A DNA stretch of 61,397 nucleotides from assembly GCA_905195085.1 (NCBI GenBank), contig CAJJUK010000003.1:1-61397 (forward strand), given 5' to 3'. A program made the position numbers and the translations under genes. This document shows positions 59,107-61,397 of this stretch, piece by piece. The first letter of the stretch is position 1, and each line of letters begins with the position of its first letter. The notes under the pieces were generated by a model. That model did not search any database. It had not been told where the DNA came from and saw only the letters and a list, made by a program, of their open reading frames with translations. This DNA comes from an uncultured Christensenella sp. GTDB taxonomy: Bacteria > Bacillota > Clostridia > Christensenellales > UBA1242.

Positions 59107-60524
59107 GTTATTTAGATGGCTATGATGTTGTTATTGGTCTTGAAATTCATGCTGAATTAAATACCAAAACCAAAGTTTTTTGCAGTTGCAAAAACCAATT
59201 TGGAGATGAACCTAACACAAACACTTGCCCAGTTTGCACAGGTATGCCAGGAGCATTGCCAATCTTAAACAGACACGCAGTCGAACTTGCAATCAAATCA
59301 GGATTATCGTTTGGTTGTTCAATTTCTCCATATTCCGTTTTTGAAAGAAAAAATTATTTCTATCCAGACTTGAGCAAGGCATATCAAATAAGTCAGCTTG
59401 TTTATCCATTATGCGTTGGTGGAGAAATTGTTCTTGACAGCGGAAAGACAATCAGGTTGAACAGAATTCACTTGGAAGAAGATGCAGGAAAATTGACGCA
59501 TATAAGCAAAGCAGTTGGAACATTGGTGGATTACAACCGTGGTGGAACACCTCTTATCGAAATGGTTACCGAACCGGACATCTCTTCTGCTGATGAAGCG
59601 GTTGAATTTTTGAAAAAAGTGCGCGAAGCCCTTGTGTTTGAAGGTATTGCAAACTGCAAAATGGAAGAAGGGGGAATGCGTTGTGACGTCAATTTGTCCT
59701 TGAAGCCTAAAGGTTCAAAAGAATATGGAACAAGAACGGAGATGAAAAACCTCAACTCTTTCAAAAGTGTGCAGAGAGCCATTGAATATGAGGCAAAAAG
59801 ACAAGCAGAAATTTTATCAACTGGTGGTGTGATTGTTCAAGAAACAAGAAAATGGGACGATGACAAAGGAAAAAGTTCTGCAATGAGAACAAAGGAACAG
59901 GCACAGGACTATCGTTATTTTCCAGATCCAGATCTTTTGCCTTTGGAGATTTCCAAAGAAGATGTTGAAGCAATTGCAAAAGAAATGGTCATGCTTCCTG
60001 CAGATAGAAGAAAGATGTATGTTGAAAAATTTGGGTTGCCAGAATATGATGCTCAAATTTTGACTTCAACGAAATATATTTCTGACTATTTTGAAAAGTG
60101 CGTTTCGTTTTTTGATGTACCTAAAAAAATAAGCAACTGGATTATGGTCGATCTTTTGAAACTTGTCAAAGAACAAGATGAAATTGTCTTTCCAATTGAT
60201 GAATATAAATTGACCACAATAATCAAAATGGTGGAAGAAAAAACGATAAACAAAACAGTTGGGTTGCAACTTTTGGATAAGGTTATTGAAACAGGAAAAG
60301 AACCTATGACTCTTGCAAAAGAAATGAATTTGCTTGTCACAATCACAGATGAACAAATTGTTCAACTGCTCGAAAAATTGAAAGCGGAGAACGAAAAAGT
60401 GGTACAAGACTTCAAAAAATCCCCAGAAAAAGTGATGGGATTCATTGTTGGTTATGTTATGAAAAACACAGGTGGGAAGGCAAATTCAAACAGAGTCAAA
60501 GAACTTATTTCAGAAAAATTTTAA
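59103..60524 (+). CDS. gatB: Asp/Glu-tRNA amidotransferase subunit B
   Basis: 473 aa. VIGLEIHAELNTKTKVFC, CPVCTGMPGALP, C-terminal YqeY-like tail. The ATG overlaps the gatA stop (ATGA). Confidence 0.92.
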   Translation: MSYLDGYDVVIGLEIHAELNTKTKVFCSCKNQFGDEPNTNTCPVCTGMPGALPILNRHAVELAIKSGLSFGCSISPYSVFERKNYFYPDLSKAYQISQLVYPLCVGGEIVLDSGKTIRLNRIHLEEDAGKLTHISKAVGTLVDYNRGGTPLIEMVTEPDISSADEAVEFLKKVREALVFEGIANCKMEEGGMRCDVNLSLKPKGSKEYGTRTEMKNLNSFKSVQRAIEYEAKRQAEILSTGGVIVQETRKWDDDKGKSSAMRTKEQAQDYRYFPDPDLLPLEISKEDVEAIAKEMVMLPADRRKMYVEKFGLPEYDAQILTSTKYISDYFEKCVSFFDVPKKISNWIMVDLLKLVKEQDEIVFPIDEYKLTTIIKMVEEKTINKTVGLQLLDKVIETGKEPMTLAKEMNLLVTITDEQIVQLLEKLKAENEKVVQDFKKSPEKVMGFIVGYVMKNTGGKANSNRVKELISEKF

Positions 60525-60654
60525 CTAATGGATTTTATAAATTTGTTAGCAAAAAGCAAACAAAAAAATTCATGAAATGTAGAAGATATTCTTTAATTAA
60601 TTATAAATATGAAAGGACATGAAAATTTTAAAATATCATGGCTAAAAGGTTTAA

Positions 60655-60843
60655 TTGGTGTTTTGAAAATTTGACAATTTTGTAAAATTATGTTATATTA
60701 TAAATAATGATTTACAATATAAAACTACAAATAATAAAAAATTAAAAACATTAATCAATACATATCGCGGATTTCGTTTAGCCAATAAATTACCAAGTCA
60801 TGGCCAAAATACACATTCAAATGGCAAAACAGCTAAAAAATAA
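60655..60843 (+). pseudogene. rps13: ribosomal protein S13-like C-terminal fragment, organelle-like, with in-frame TGA
   Basis: Translation ...INNDLQYKTTNNKKLKTLINTYRGFRLANKLPSHGQNTHSNGKTAKK* aligns by eye with the S13 C-terminus (..EGDLRR....IKRL...G.YRG.RH..GLPVRGQRT.TNART.KG). No canonical start. TGA at 60664-66 is in frame. The N-terminal half of S13 is missing. Confidence 0.45.
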
Positions 60844-60882
60844 ATAAATAAATGAACTACAAAGATTTTCTGCCTGCTACTA

Positions 60883-60956
60883 TAAGTGTACGAGGAATTG
60901 AACCCCGACTCAATCGATTAAAAGTCGATAGCTTTATCCAATTAAGCTATACACTC
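60883..60956 (-). tRNA. tRNA-Lys (anticodon UUU)
   Basis: 74-nt cloverleaf on the minus strand. Acceptor GAGTGTA/TACACTT, D stem GCTT/AAGC, anticodon stem ATCGA/TCGAT with loop CTTTTAA, T arm CGGGG-TTCAATT-CCTCG. No encoded CCA. Confidence 0.8.
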
Positions 60957-60983
60957 ACATTAATTATTTTAAAATAATTATCT

Positions 60984-61069
60984 TGATTTCGAACAGATTC
61001 GAACTGTTGACGTGGAAAACCACTTTGGATTTACAGTCCAACGCTTTAGACCAACTGAGCTACGAAATC
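60984..61069 (-). tRNA. tRNA-Tyr (anticodon GUA), class II with long variable arm
   Basis: 86-nt cloverleaf on the minus strand. Acceptor GATTTCG/CGAAATC, anticodon stem TTGGA/TCCAA with loop CTGTAAA, variable arm GTGG-TTTT-CCAC, T arm AACAG-TTCGAAT-CTGTT. Confidence 0.8.
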
Positions 61070-61081
61070 TTATTTTTATAA

Positions 61082-61397
61082 ATTTAACAAAAAATTAGTA
61101 CTTATTAGCAATTTATATAAACATTAAGCCTATTAAAGTAATAGTCTCTTACTTTTTTTTGAGAAAATAAGAAAAAAAGCTTCATACTTATATTTATTCA
61201 GTATTTATCTTTCATTGATTTAGCTACTAAGCAATACAAATTGAGAATTTATAACTTATATACCATTGATCAATCTAATTCGGTCCTCTCGTACTAGAAT
61301 TATTCTTTTCTTCTTTTCTTTATTATATGGCAGATAGGGACAAAACTGTCTCACGACGTTTTAAACCCAGCTCACGTACCTCTTTAAATGGCGAACA
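61082..61397 (-). rRNA. rrl: 23S (LSU) rRNA, 3'-terminal ~315 nt, truncated by the window end; extremely AT-rich
   Basis: The reverse complement reads TGTTCGCCATTTAAAGAGGTACGTGAGCTGGGTTTAAAACGTCGTGAGACAGTTTTGTCCCTATCTGCC...TAGTACGAGAGGACCG (sarcin-ricin loop)...GTACTAAT. This matches the universally conserved 3' domain of 23S. The variable helices are almost pure A/T. The 3' end coordinate is approximate. Confidence 0.85.

Noticed and set aside
1-61397. CRISPR arrays, IS elements/transposases, integrases, restriction-modification or toxin-antitoxin genes
   Set aside because: I found no direct-repeat/spacer arrays, no terminal inverted repeats flanking a transposase-like ORF, and no ORFs with those motifs.

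Overview
Low-GC bacterial chromosome segment. It uses the standard genetic code (TGA terminates gatC and gatA), and its gene style is Firmicutes/Mollicutes-like, with lipobox lipoproteins. About half of the 61.4 kb is two paralogous giant surface-lipoprotein genes (35-20119, 6,694 aa; 35597-46258, 3,553 aa) built from repeated GLUG-like GG(I/V)(A/V)G beta-helix-type modules. Around them lie mostly housekeeping genes: two RadC/JAB paralogs, a divergent pair of membrane-tethered winged-helix-like proteins, uvrB, uvrA, a YycJ-like MBL hydrolase, class II fba, a small lipoprotein, hflX, a DUF1858-type redox protein, a PRC-barrel-like protein, an ankyrin-repeat protein, rpoB-rpoC, an orphan 332-aa protein, and an archaeal-type aspS in an operon with gatCAB. 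Main candidates: (i) Directly upstream of aspS-gatCAB sit a consensus promoter, a strong SD, a 28-codon leader ORF with nine consecutive Asn codons and a strong intrinsic terminator. This is a putative Asn-tRNA(Asn)-sensing attenuator for the tRNA-dependent asparagine pathway. (ii) An orphan VirB3/VirB4-fusion ATPase sits immediately upstream of the 3,553-aa lipoprotein, with no other T4SS genes in view. (iii) The giant proteins themselves, including a GGxGG-rich tract and a unique C-terminal domain in the larger one. (iv) A sharp discontinuity follows gatB. The last ~870 bp are extremely AT-rich and carry an S13-like fragment with an in-frame TGA, tRNA-Lys, tRNA-Tyr and a 23S rRNA 3' end with no 5S. 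This looks organellar and may be a chimeric join. Smaller items are predicted leaderless mRNAs (uvrB, MBL, hflX) and a mini-ORF/hairpin leader before rpoB. I saw no CRISPR, IS element or recognisable defence genes. All calls come from reading the sequence and ORF translations by eye; no searches were run.
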